A DNA stretch of 64,000 bases from Candidatus Eiseniibacteriota bacterium (GTDB lineage: Bacteria > Eisenbacteria > RBG-16-71-46 > CAZAMP01). A program made the translations under genes and the position numbers. The stretch covers positions 1 through 64,000 of the forward strand of contig CBDCYW010000010.1 of NCBI GenBank assembly GCA_965224245.1, in the 5' to 3' direction. This document shows, in pieces, positions 1-9,458 of this stretch; the stretch's first letter is position 1; every line of letters starts with the position of its first letter. A model generated the notes under the pieces. It was given only the letters and a program-made list of their open reading frames with translations. It did no database searches and was not told the origin of the DNA.

Positions 1-243
1 ACCAGGCACACTCCGGCGGAGCTAACGAAACTGAACTGTCTGGGGATGGCCTGGAGACCTGCACGGCGGGGCTCATCGGAGGCTCTTCACGAACCTCGAC
101 ATCGAACGGAGTATAGCGTCGATCTCGCCATCCGTCAGCCGCCTTTTGTACCGGCGCTCGAACACCTTGCGGGTCTTTCGTTTCAGCTCATCGGACCACA
201 TCGCCTAACGGTCTCCTCCATATAATAGAAGGAGGTGTTAGGC

Positions 244-408
244 ATGAGGCTCAAGACCAAGATCAAACGGAAGCTCAGACGCACACCAAGAGAGGCAGTG
301 TGGTTCGACCGCAAGTACGGCCTCAAACTCGAACGCGGCTGGGCGGACCCACTGTACTGGCTTGGCGAGGCCTTTGGATGGGGGCGCCCTCCTAGGCGCA
401 AGCCCTAG
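244..408 (+). CDS. Small basic hypothetical protein (54 aa)
   Basis: Strong RBS AAGGAGGT (~229-236) before ATG 244; open to TAG 408; below the ORF-track cutoff. Confidence 0.5.
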   Translation: MRLKTKIKRKLRRTPREAVWFDRKYGLKLERGWADPLYWLGEAFGWGRPPRRKP

Positions 409-589
409 GGATCGGTATCCCCTTTCAGGCCCCCATCACGAGTGTCGTTACGCATTCCCTTCCGACTTGTCCACATTTGACAGGCTTCCGCCAGTGTGTC
501 ATCGTGACTACCGCCGTTGGGGATATGCGTTTTAATAAGAATGGGCGGTTCCTCCCAACGGTGACCGCCCTTTCGATATCTAAGGAGCT

Positions 590-1166
590 ATGCAACACCC
601 AATCGAGGTTCGTGACCTCCGATCAAAACAACGGTTCTGTATCGACGACGCGTTCATCGACTCCGGCTATCAGCCGTTTGTGCGGCATCTATGCCAGCGG
701 CGTCTACATGGCGCTCTGCCGGCATGCGAACACGGAACAAAAGAGCTGGCCATCCATCGAGCTGATAGCCGAGGAGCTTGGGATTGGCAGAGAAAACCGT
801 CAGGCGCGCTCTCAAAGTACTGAAAGCCCATAGGCTAGTGAGCGTCGAGCAGGAAAAAGAGTGAGAAACACCGATGGCTCCGCAACACATATACGCTTCT
901 TGACAAGCGTTCGTGGCTGAAGAACCCACCGGTCACTCCGACCGCTGGCGAGATGACTGAGTTCTCAGCCAAGATTCCACCGGTCTCTACAGACCGCTGG
1001 AGCCACCGGTCTCTCAGAGCGTCATCTGCCACCGGTCGCAGGAGGCCAAAAACCACAGGTATGCGGGACCGCTTAAGGGTTCACAGGAGAAGGATTCACA
1101 TCGAAGGAGAGTTGAGGCGCTGAGAAAACTCAGAAATGAGCTCATCTCGAAGAAGATCATCGCCTG
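590..1166 (+). pseudogene. HTH (HTH_36-like) phage/plasmid replication initiator, frameshifted in this sequence
   Basis: RBS AAGGAG then ATG 590. MQHPIEVRDLR..FCIDDAFIDSGY continues in other frames as CGIYASGVYMALCRHAN..SWPSIELIAEELGI..TVRRALKVL, an HTH_36-like signature. At least 3 single-base shifts; end coordinate approximate. Confidence 0.6.
926..1061 (+). repeat. CCACCGGTC direct repeats (iteron-like)
   Basis: Exact copies at 926, 977, 1003 and 1029; degenerate CCACAGGTA at 1053. Confidence 0.7.
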
Positions 1167-1521
1167 ACGGACACGGTCAGGCTAAAGCAAGAGCGACTCA
1201 CGTCTCATAGCGCGGGAACGGCTCGCGCGCGACTCCGGTTGAGCGTATCTCCAGCGTACTAACCCAGGCGGATATATCCCGCCGTACGCCTTCTGGAGCT
1301 ACGCTAACAGTCCCTGACGGCACCTCTGCCCTGCGTTCACACGCAAGCCCTCGAAAGACCCCATCCCCTTACGGGTCTGCTCACGGGCGAAACGCCTGCT
1401 CTTCCGAGGGCTTGCCTGCCTCGCACCTTCAACAACACATAGCGGACCGTCTAACAGACGTCCCTATGTGTAGAAGGATGCGGGCGCACGCCGTTCCCGC
1501 GCAAAACAACAGGAGGCAACC

Positions 1522-1677
1522 ATGGACGAGCAGGCTATCACTCTACTTGAGGAGATCTTCACAGAGCTCCGGCGTCTTAACGACAAACTGTCCATTCTCG
1601 TGAATGACCGAGATGGACTCCCGGCCAGCCTTGAAAAGATGGAGGGGTACCTCCACAAACTGTGGATGGCGACATGA
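1522..1677 (+). CDS. Small hypothetical protein (51 aa)
   Basis: RBS AGGAGG (~1511) before ATG 1522; stop overlaps the next start (ATGA). Confidence 0.6.
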   Translation: MDEQAITLLEEIFTELRRLNDKLSILVNDRDGLPASLEKMEGYLHKLWMAT

Positions 1678-1880
1678 GCACGTACTCAGCAATCGTGTAC
1701 TGCCGTTGGTGCTCAACGTCCCCACATCTCCGTGGTCGCGATAACGACGATCGGCCCTATGTATCTTCACGGCGGCCAAGCTACTACCGCTTTTTCACGG
1801 TCATGGTGCCAGTCGGTATGCGACCCAAAGACCTGCGGTGTCCCCGCTGCGGGAACTGGCATCTCAAAGAGAGAGGATGA
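1674..1880 (+). CDS. Small zinc-ribbon-like protein
   Basis: CRWC...CPRC pairs; translationally coupled to the upstream ORF. Confidence 0.55.
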   Translation: MSTYSAIVYCRWCSTSPHLRGRDNDDRPYVSSRRPSYYRFFTVMVPVGMRPKDLRCPRCGNWHLKERG

Positions 1881-1979
1881 ACATGAAACCCAGAAACGAA
1901 ACGATCGCAATGAACACGCTCTTGGCCATGCCCAAGGACAAGTTTGACAAGTTCATCCAAGCAGTAACCCTTCTACGCG

Positions 1980-2804
1980 ATGACCAACCGAAGACTGAGC
2001 GACCGCGAGGCGCATCTTCTCAACTTCCTGGTTGAAAAGGGAGACGGCCTCACAGACCTCTCGCTCGCCCACGCACTCCTGGCTCCACTCACGACTAAAC
2101 GGGGCCAGGCGGTGCGGGGGTTCGCCACCAACCCGCGCAACTCCTACGTCCGCCACATGCTCTACAAGCTGAGACGTGAAGGGTTCTTGTGGAAGCACGA
2201 GTACGCGGACGCCTACCTCATGTCCCGCAAGCTCGAACTGCTCATAGACGCTCCGAGGCTCAGATCGCTCACGCGTCGAAACCCCAACCGGGGCCACGTT
2301 GAGCATGATCTTCTGACTCTACATCTTCTCGTGGCCTTGGAGCGTGCCCTACGGCGCCGATCCACCTGGGATTACAAAGTACACTTGGACGGTGCTGAGC
2401 CGGTGATTCGAGGGAAACGAAAAGTGAAGCTCGACAAACTGGTGGAGATCTGGAGCACCAGCAGGACCAAGCGGTTCTACTACTTCGTCGAGACCGACCG
2501 CGCCACAGCCTCCTTACAGACTCATCTCCCCGGCCAGCGGAGCATCCAGCGAAAGGCTGAACTCTTCTACCAGGCGCTGAAGGACAAGGAGATTAAAGAG
2601 CAGTTCGGTGTACCCGGTGCAAGGCTGCTGTTCCTTGTGTCCAAGGAGAGGAAGGGGAGGCTGAGATCAATCGAGCGGATCATTCGGGGGTCCAAGAAGA
2701 TCCCGGACGATGCGGTCTCTGAGGTCTTCCGCTTCCACGCCCTGTCCCCGTCCGACCTTGAGGACGACACCCTCGTGCATAAACTCACAGACGCGCTACA
2801 ATAG
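1980..2804 (+). CDS. Replication-relaxation (Replic_Relax-like) family protein
   Basis: N-terminal LSDREAHLL wHTH-like start, HDLL motif and FVETDRAT (E-x-D) motif typical of the family. Confidence 0.6.
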   Translation: MTNRRLSDREAHLLNFLVEKGDGLTDLSLAHALLAPLTTKRGQAVRGFATNPRNSYVRHMLYKLRREGFLWKHEYADAYLMSRKLELLIDAPRLRSLTRRNPNRGHVEHDLLTLHLLVALERALRRRSTWDYKVHLDGAEPVIRGKRKVKLDKLVEIWSTSRTKRFYYFVETDRATASLQTHLPGQRSIQRKAELFYQALKDKEIKEQFGVPGARLLFLVSKERKGRLRSIERIIRGSKKIPDDAVSEVFRFHALSPSDLEDDTLVHKLTDALQ

Positions 2805-2971
2805 AAGTACCATCCGCCCCGGAACCCTCGGACTTCTCCTTTGGGGTTCACACTTCACAGCACGGCAAGGCTCGAAAGGTGTGAGTGGTTCTACCAGAGC
2901 CTGATGGGGAGAATACACCCAGGAGGGGAGTGCCGCTCGCTGGGCGTATTCGAGTGCGGGGCTTGCTCCCC

Positions 2972-3895
2972 TCACCCTGTGCTCACGGGACGGGTGGGGC
3001 CACGGGAACCTCCCCGCCCAACCTCTCGAACCTCTTCCATAGACGAGAATCTGGGAATCATCGCAAGTCGATCGTCTATGTAATCGTAGTGCTCTCTTCT
3101 TCTCAACTCTGACCACATCGCTGGTCTGAGCTGTCTTGTTAGTGACTCTTGGTCTGACCAACTCTCTAGTAGGCCTGAGCTGGACGAGGCTATGCAAAGT
3201 GAATAGTTGCCTTCCTTGTCTGGCTTGGGACCCTGTCCGGCGAGTTCCTTATTTTCAAACGTCCATTCCCATCCCCATTGGTGGCTCAGGACAAGCAAAA
3301 GTTCCATTGGTCCGAAAACCAAAGTCCATAGGACATCGGCAAGTACGCAGGCGGGCTTCCGATCGGACTTCCCGAGAACTGCCATACGTGTCCCCGGAAT
3401 CGAGCGCAGTTCTCTTCCCAGTGGGCGAAACACGTCGTTGTATTCATCGCGGATTTCTCGCCAGATGTTCTTGGGCGGCACCGCGGAGTAGTGAAGAAAG
3501 CGATCGACGAGAAATGCTCGTCGCGTGTCAAAAAAGAATGGCGTCACTCGCATTGCCATCTCGACGCTCGCTAGCGGGCCGTTGAACTGAGCTGGTGGTT
3601 GTCCAAGGAATTCAACAGCGAGCCTCTTCCCATCGACGTCTAGGATGTGTGTGACACGGCTGCGCGCGGCGGGTGCCCTGTACTTGTATTCGCCGTTACT
3701 CTCCTGTGGGAGGGTTGTGGGATCCAGGTAGATTAGATTTCCCTTACCTGCGACTAGTCCTCGATAGCTCTCCCAATCGGGATGCCACCCGTAATTGAAC
3801 AGCTTTCGGAACGCTCGTAAACCAATTCGCCCGATCAATTCCTGAACGTCCGCTCGAGCCTCCAGTGCCTGCAGTGCTTTGCTCTTCTTTTTCAT
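2972..3895 (-). CDS. Hypothetical protein (cargo, opposite strand)
   Basis: Long ORF; likely ATG at 3895 (MKKKSKALQ); no motif recognised. Confidence 0.6.
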   Translation of the reverse strand: MKKKSKALQALEARADVQELIGRIGLRAFRKLFNYGWHPDWESYRGLVAGKGNLIYLDPTTLPQESNGEYKYRAPAARSRVTHILDVDGKRLAVEFLGQPPAQFNGPLASVEMAMRVTPFFFDTRRAFLVDRFLHYSAVPPKNIWREIRDEYNDVFRPLGRELRSIPGTRMAVLGKSDRKPACVLADVLWTLVFGPMELLLVLSHQWGWEWTFENKELAGQGPKPDKEGNYSLCIASSSSGLLESWSDQESLTRQLRPAMWSELRRREHYDYIDDRLAMIPRFSSMEEVREVGRGGSRGPTRPVSTG

Positions 3896-4133
3896 GGTGC
3901 CTAATGACCTCCCGTTATGAGTGACGGGAAGACCCTCACCGTAAGGGTATCCCAATAGTAAGGCGCGCAGTTAGGCACTCTGGAGGTGATTTCATGTCTT
4001 GGCGATTCCGAGAAGCTCCAAAATGCACTGGTCGCAGACCCGGATGGCACCATCCGATCCACATGAAACGTCGTGGAACGTACAGGGGCAGAAGGCTTTA
4101 CGAGTGTCCCAGGTGCGGGAAGGTGAAGATCCG

Positions 4134-4349
4134 ATGAGCCGCCGCTTCATCGTCCAGCGATGCGGTTGTGCCCGAAGCACGCCCATGATGCGATTCATGG
4201 GCAAACGCGGCTGGTCCGGCCAGATTAGCCGCTATCAGTGCCCCCGGTGTGGCCGTATCCGCGACGTCGAGACCCGTAACTGCACCCGCCAGGCACCCCG
4301 TAAGGGCCTGATCGAAAAGGTCCTCGACGCTCTTCTGGGAGGCAACTGA
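4134..4349 (+). CDS. Small zinc-ribbon-like protein
   Basis: MSRRFIVQRCGC...YQCPRCGRIR; stop abuts the next start. Start position uncertain. Confidence 0.5.
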   Translation: MSRRFIVQRCGCARSTPMMRFMGKRGWSGQISRYQCPRCGRIRDVETRNCTRQAPRKGLIEKVLDALLGGN

Positions 4350-4696
4350 TGGACAAGTACCTCTCTCGCACGCTCAGCCTGGTTATGGGGCTGGTCGCCC
4401 TGCTTCTCATCACGGATGCTGGCCGCCCACTCCTGTACGACCTGTCGAACGAGATTATCCTTGGCCTCCGGTCGATAGGTATTCCGATCTACACCTTCGA
4501 TGCTCTTTGGACGTGTCTCGCCATCCTCTTCTTCCTCGGCGCGACCGTCCGTGTCTGGCACTGGAAAGATAGGAACAACAAATGGAAGGAGTCACAGCGG
4601 AGACGAGCAAGGCTCTTTTCTCGTGACCCTGCCGATGATGTTCCGATCCATACTGGCAAGCGGCGAGCCGATCCAGATCCGCCGCTCCGGCTATGA
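4349..4696 (+). CDS. Small membrane protein
   Basis: Two hydrophobic segments; RBS GGAGG; coupled to the VirD4-like gene. Confidence 0.65.
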   Translation: MDKYLSRTLSLVMGLVALLLITDAGRPLLYDLSNEIILGLRSIGIPIYTFDALWTCLAILFFLGATVRVWHWKDRNNKWKESQRRRARLFSRDPADDVPIHTGKRRADPDPPLRL

Positions 4697-6159
4697 ACTG
4701 GCGCATGAGCAACGACCGCAGGAAGGCCCGTGAGTGGCAGGCCCGGCTCGTAGACACTGGCGAGCTCGAAGCTTTCCAACAGCTCGCCTCAACGCAGGAG
4801 GACGACAATATTCTCCTGGCTCGTGGATACGGGCTCAAAGGTCCGTTCTGGGCGGGGCTGCCTCTCAACCAGCTACTTGCCTCACACGCCTGGGTTACTG
4901 GTGCGACTGGCCAGGGCAAGAGCTACTGGCTCATGTCGCAGGTGATCCAGGTGCTCAAGCGCCACCCTGACACACCCATCATTCTCAACGACATGAAGGG
5001 TGAAACAGCCCGTCTCATCATTGATCGCGTACTCCCGGCGATCGGCTATCCCCCTGAGCGGGTTCGCGTCATTCGTCCGTTCGGCAAAGACTACTTGCCG
5101 TGCCTGCGAGTGACTGCCGAGGAGCCTGGGGTCAGTAGGGAAGTGCAGAGTATGAACCTCGCCGCCACCCTTGCTGAGGCATTGGCCGAAGACATGGGTG
5201 CTAGGATGAACCGCGTATTTCTCCGTATGGCGACGCTGGCAATCGAACTCAATGAGCCACTTACCGTCGTCAAAGACTGGCTCGAGCATCCGCCCACGTT
5301 CGCTGCAGCCGGAGAGCGCTCGACTGATCCCTCACTTCGGGCCTACGCAATCACGCACTTCAAGAAGGAGAGCCAGAGTGCCATTCAGAGTCTGTTGGCC
5401 CGACTCGATACGTTCTTCCTGATGAAGTCCACCCAACAGATTCTGTCCGCACCATCGTGCGTGTCACTAAACGACGCACTTGAGTCCGGCATCAGCGTCT
5501 TGGATTTGGGCGAGCCACCAGCAGGCGCTGAAACTGTTTCTACGTTCTGGGCCGGCATTCTCTTGGGGCGTCTAACACGTGCCATCATGAATCGCCCTGT
5601 TGGTGGCCCCAAGTGCTGGGTGATTCTGGAGGAGTTTCAGGAAAGCCTGAGACGTCACCAGTCTAAGGCGTTCAGTCGTGTGCTGGCTCTTGCTCGTTTC
5701 AAGAATGTCAGCATGTGGTTCGTCAACCAGCAAGCGGCGCAGCTCTCTTCGGTTGACCCAACACTGGTTAAGCTCCTGCGCACGAACACCGGCCTTGAGG
5801 CACACTTCCGATCCAACTTGGAGGACGCCCGGGCGTTCGGTCATGCACTCGCCACCAATGGCAACGCACAAGAGCGGACCGAGATGGTCAACGCCATCAC
5901 ACGCCTGAAGCGACGTGAGTTCTACCTGTGGGTCAAGGAGCTTCCGTTCCGCGCTCAACTGGTCCGTTCGCCGCTCCTCGAGCTCGATGCACTCAAAGCC
6001 CGTGCTGAATCTGTTCCGTCTGACGTCCGAGAAGCGATCAGGCGCGGCACCGTGTCCGTCCCACCTGAGGAACTCGCTGAACCCGTCCCCTATGAACCTG
6101 TATCAGGTACTTCGATTCTCGAAGACTTCCTGGCACCAACCGGAGAGGAGTTGGGATGA
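4693..6159 (+). CDS. VirD4/TraD-like type IV coupling ATPase (HerA/FtsK superfamily)
   Basis: HAWVTGATGQGKS Walker A, DMKGE, VILEEFQ Walker B, ARFKNVSMWFVNQQ motif. Confidence 0.8.
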   Translation: MNWRMSNDRRKAREWQARLVDTGELEAFQQLASTQEDDNILLARGYGLKGPFWAGLPLNQLLASHAWVTGATGQGKSYWLMSQVIQVLKRHPDTPIILNDMKGETARLIIDRVLPAIGYPPERVRVIRPFGKDYLPCLRVTAEEPGVSREVQSMNLAATLAEALAEDMGARMNRVFLRMATLAIELNEPLTVVKDWLEHPPTFAAAGERSTDPSLRAYAITHFKKESQSAIQSLLARLDTFFLMKSTQQILSAPSCVSLNDALESGISVLDLGEPPAGAETVSTFWAGILLGRLTRAIMNRPVGGPKCWVILEEFQESLRRHQSKAFSRVLALARFKNVSMWFVNQQAAQLSSVDPTLVKLLRTNTGLEAHFRSNLEDARAFGHALATNGNAQERTEMVNAITRLKRREFYLWVKELPFRAQLVRSPLLELDALKARAESVPSDVREAIRRGTVSVPPEELAEPVPYEPVSGTSILEDFLAPTGEELG

Positions 6160-6492
6160 GTGTTCGATCTCACCTATTTCATCCGCTTTTCTGCACGCAT
6201 CATCGTCGGCGGTGTGCGCGCTACCGTCTGGGTCTTGGTGACCCTCTGGAAGGGTGCTGCTGCGATCCTTTCGGGTCTCCTGTTCCTGCCGCACATCCCT
6301 GCGTATTTCCGTGCCACTCGCCGCTGTGCTCGTGGGCACGCCGTTCCGCAGTACGGCGTGTTCGAGTGCCAAACGTGCCGGAGCTACCATGAAGGATGGG
6401 TCTTCGGAAAGTGCTCAGTCTGTGGTGAGACCGCAGGTTGGACGCCCTGTCCTGAGTGCGGTCTCCCCGTCAAGCACCCCCGCCGTTGGTAG
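6160..6492 (+). CDS. Membrane-anchored zinc-finger protein
   Basis: N-terminal hydrophobic helix, then CxxGH, CQTC, CSVC, CPECG. Confidence 0.65.
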   Translation: MFDLTYFIRFSARIIVGGVRATVWVLVTLWKGAAAILSGLLFLPHIPAYFRATRRCARGHAVPQYGVFECQTCRSYHEGWVFGKCSVCGETAGWTPCPECGLPVKHPRRW

Positions 6493-6519
6493 GGTCCCCA
6501 GAGACCGCCGCAACAAGGG

Positions 6520-7228
6520 AGTGCGGGTCCGGCTCACGGAACGTGACGAACGTCTCTTGAAGGCTCTCGCGCGGTTTCGGATCGCCCGCACCTCCGACCT
6601 TCTTCGTCTTGCATTCTACGATGTCCGGGCGGATACCGCGGCACGGAGGCTTCGTCGCTTGTTTGACGCGAAGTATCTCGACGTTCAATCCGGTGATCGA
6701 AGCCTCGAAAACGTGTACGCCCTAGGACCAGAGGGCCGTGCATTCGCACGAGGTTTGAATCTGAGCGCCCTGACACGCCCCAGGGGTCAGATTGATCACC
6801 ACCTGGCTACCGTACGCTCCTGGGTCAATCTCACGCGGATTGCCGATACAAGCCTGGAGGTGTTCCGGCCGGATTGGGAGATCCGTGCGTACTCACCGCA
6901 TGACTTCCTGATACCTGATGCCCTTGTTCAGTTGCGCCGTGACGATCGCACGTTGCGGTTCGCCCTGGAAGTCGACATGGGGACCGAGTCCATGCGAACT
7001 CTGAAGGCGAAGGTAGATCACTACTCACAACGCACCGACTTCTTCGGCTGGAAGGACTTCGGTGTCTGTTTCGTCCTCGGTGGCCACGGTCGTGGCCGTT
7101 TCAACGTTATCAAGAAGATGCTCGAAGAGCGCTGCGCGCGATGGCATCTGCTCTGGAGTGTAGACGACGAGCCTCCCCTTACCGCATCCCCTTGCCGCAA
7201 GGGTAGTGAATCAGCCGTAACTGCTTGA
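6520..7228 (+). CDS. Replication-relaxation (Replic_Relax) family relaxase-like protein
   Basis: RLTERDERLL, ARRLRRL, DHHLA, PDA and LEVDMGTES motifs. Start approximate; the ORF-track start at 6254 overlaps the upstream gene. Confidence 0.8.
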
Positions 7229-7432
7229 GTTCCAGAAGACTCCGTTTACTGCTCTGGGGTCTATTCATCCACAGGCAGCCGTTTGACAAATCTGGCCCAT
7301 ATGCTTCGCTGTCTACTACGTGGAGCTGGATGGACCAGCCCTGCGCGGAATCGCTCTTTCGAGCTCCTTAGACCCGGAGGCGGACTCTCACGAGTTCCGC
7401 CTCTTCTTTTCTCCGTGAAGGAGGTGCGCACC

Positions 7433-7660
7433 TTGTCAGATGAAAAGCCTCGCTCGTATCTGGCTGAAGTCAAAGGCGAGCTACGTGGAATCTTCGACGA
7501 AGCATTCAGCTTCGTGTGGAGTGAGGTCGAGAAGAGCCTCAAGCAGTCGTACCGAAATGGTTTCGCTGATGGACAGAAGTCGGGAGCGAAGACCGGCACC
7601 AAGTCCGCGCGTAGTGGACGCAACTGGAAAAGAGGTGAGTCGAGTGAAGACTCTGAATAA
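7433..7660 (+). CDS. Small hypothetical protein
   Basis: RBS AAGGAGG (~7418) before a GTG/TTG start; SEVEKSLKQSYRNG; overlaps ssb start. Confidence 0.55.
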   Translation: MSDEKPRSYLAEVKGELRGIFDEAFSFVWSEVEKSLKQSYRNGFADGQKSGAKTGTKSARSGRNWKRGESSEDSE

Positions 7661-8045
7661 GGCCCTCGTGATCGGTCACGTTGGTCAGGACCCTGTCCTA
7701 CGGGAAACCGGCGACGGCAAGACGTTCTTGCCTGTATCCGTCGCAACCCATGTTGTCGTGACGCCGAGCGAAGGTGAGAAGAAGCAGTACACCGAGTGGC
7801 ACAACGTCATGCTCTGGGAGCGCAACGCCGAGCTCGCAGCCGGCATGCTGAAGAAGGGTACGCAGGTGTTCATCGAAGGACGTCTGCAGACGTACAAGAA
7901 GCACGACGCGACCAACGGCATTGATCGCTACAACACAGTGATCGTGGGCCAGAACTTCATCGTGCTCTCCAAGAAGGACGAGACGGTCACACCGGAGGAT
8001 GTCGCCAGCGCTGCAGCCGCGACAGACGACGACCTGCCATTCTAG
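7644..8045 (+). CDS. ssb: Single-stranded DNA-binding protein
   Basis: LNKALVIGHVGQDP, TEWHNV, KKGTQVFIEGRLQT; acidic DDDLPF tail. Confidence 0.95.
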   Translation: MKTLNKALVIGHVGQDPVLRETGDGKTFLPVSVATHVVVTPSEGEKKQYTEWHNVMLWERNAELAAGMLKKGTQVFIEGRLQTYKKHDATNGIDRYNTVIVGQNFIVLSKKDETVTPEDVASAAAATDDDLPF

Positions 8046-8053
8046 GAGGCACC

Positions 8054-8476
8054 ATGTCGGACTACGTTGCCGACTCCTCGCCTCCACCGAAGAAATCCCG
8101 ATACACCAGAGTTAACGGACCGGCAGACGTGGCGCGCGTATGTGAACCCATGACGCGGTACCGTCAGGAGCACTTCCGAGCGCTCTTGCTGAACACCAAG
8201 AATGGTGTCCTTCGGAAGGTCACTATCAGCAAGGGTTCTTTGAACGCCTCTCTGGTCCACCCAAGGGACGTCTTCTACCCCGCCATCAAAGCCAACGCTG
8301 CATCGATCATCCTGGTGCACAACCACCCGTCCGGTGATCCGAGTCCTTCTCGTGAGGACATCGAGTTCACCCGCCGCATCGTCCAGTGCGGCGAGTTGCT
8401 GGGTATCCAGGTTCTCGATCACGTCATCGTTGGCAAAGACGGCCACTGCTCACTCAAGGAGCGAGGTGTCATATGA
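8054..8476 (+). CDS. radC: RadC-like JAB domain protein
   Basis: EHFRALLLN, VHPRDVF, HNHPSGDPSPSREDI, LDHVIVG. Confidence 0.95.
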   Translation: MSDYVADSSPPPKKSRYTRVNGPADVARVCEPMTRYRQEHFRALLLNTKNGVLRKVTISKGSLNASLVHPRDVFYPAIKANAASIILVHNHPSGDPSPSREDIEFTRRIVQCGELLGIQVLDHVIVGKDGHCSLKERGVI

Positions 8477-8479
8477 GAG

Positions 8480-8516
8480 AAAAGGTCCCAGAGTCTGCAA
8501 GGAACTGGGACCTTTT
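8480..8516. terminator. Bidirectional intrinsic terminator
   Basis: AAAAGGTCCCAG...CTGGGACCTTTT inverted repeat between convergent genes. Confidence 0.8.
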
Positions 8517-8522
8517 GCCCAG

Positions 8523-9458
8523 CTATGGAAGAGTGAAGTCATGAATCAGTCGATGCTGACCACTCGCCTCCTCGAATTCCCGTTGGATATCGTCGCGATC
8601 GTCCCGGCCAAGACGCGTCCAGGTCGTCTTGCTGAGAGGGTTGTTGTTCGTGTCGAATCCATTTCCCATCAGAATACCGACGAGATCACTTACAACATGC
8701 CTGTCATGGAACTCGTCCCAAACAAACACCTTCGCTTCGAGGCCCGCAGCAGTCAACGCAGGGGAAATGGTTTGGAACATCGCTTCAAGGTCCGCATTTG
8801 GTATGATTTCGGCTTGCGGGCCGGATCCACGTTTGCATCCTCGATGTATCTCAATCAGCGGGGCGACGGTTCGGTTGCCGGCTGCTGCGACCAACTGCCC
8901 AAACTGTCGATAGCCATGGCGTGTGGGATCGACGTGTGGGTCGATGAACATGATCGAGTTGGCGTGTCGTAGAACTAGAGTTAGCGCATCGACATAGTCG
9001 GACAGTGTGCGACGGATCCTCACGGAGGGGCTTCGCTGGGCCCACCATGGCGCTGACGCCAGTTTGTGAATGGGAGCCACGACGTCGTAGGACGCGTAGG
9101 CTTCGGCAATCGAGTCCGTAACCACAATGCCGGCCAACGGGTCCGCTGAATGAGTTGCCAGTGCTTCGTCGCACCAATCCGTGTCCGTATTGGGCTCTTT
9201 GTCAAGGGCGCGCTCGCGGCAGATCAGTCGTTTCTGTGTTGTGAGCTTCTTGACTAGCTCTTTGCCACGCGGATGCCAGCTTCGGTCGGCATCTGAAAAG
9301 ACTGTGCGCCAGTTGCCGTCGGACAGATCGGCCACAAGCCCATCCGTGAGTAGCGGATCCTTGATCATCTGAAGGTAAGACAGGCAGAGCTCTGGCGCGT
9401 CATAGGATGTTGAATCCAGGACGTCAGGCGTTAGGGCGTATTCCGCCAGAAGTGGCAT
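8523..9458 (-). CDS. Hypothetical protein with PLD-like (MIT_C-like) C-terminal motifs
   Basis: IMFIDPH and FHDRHVVSDLVGILMGNGFD resemble the DPY...HDR...G.G.D pattern; start overlaps the ATPase stop. Confidence 0.55.
   Translation of the reverse strand: MPLLAEYALTPDVLDSTSYDAPELCLSYLQMIKDPLLTDGLVADLSDGNWRTVFSDADRSWHPRGKELVKKLTTQKRLICRERALDKEPNTDTDWCDEALATHSADPLAGIVVTDSIAEAYASYDVVAPIHKLASAPWWAQRSPSVRIRRTLSDYVDALTLVLRHANSIMFIDPHVDPTRHGYRQFGQLVAAAGNRTVAPLIEIHRGCKRGSGPQAEIIPNADLEAMFQTISPALTAAGLEAKVFVWDEFHDRHVVSDLVGILMGNGFDTNNNPLSKTTWTRLGRDDRDDIQREFEEASGQHRLIHDFTLP

Noticed and set aside
3897-3978. attC-like inverted ends GTGCCTAA...TTAGGCAC
   Set aside because: The left core is AAT rather than AAC, inner pairing is poor, it is a single copy and no integron integrase is visible.
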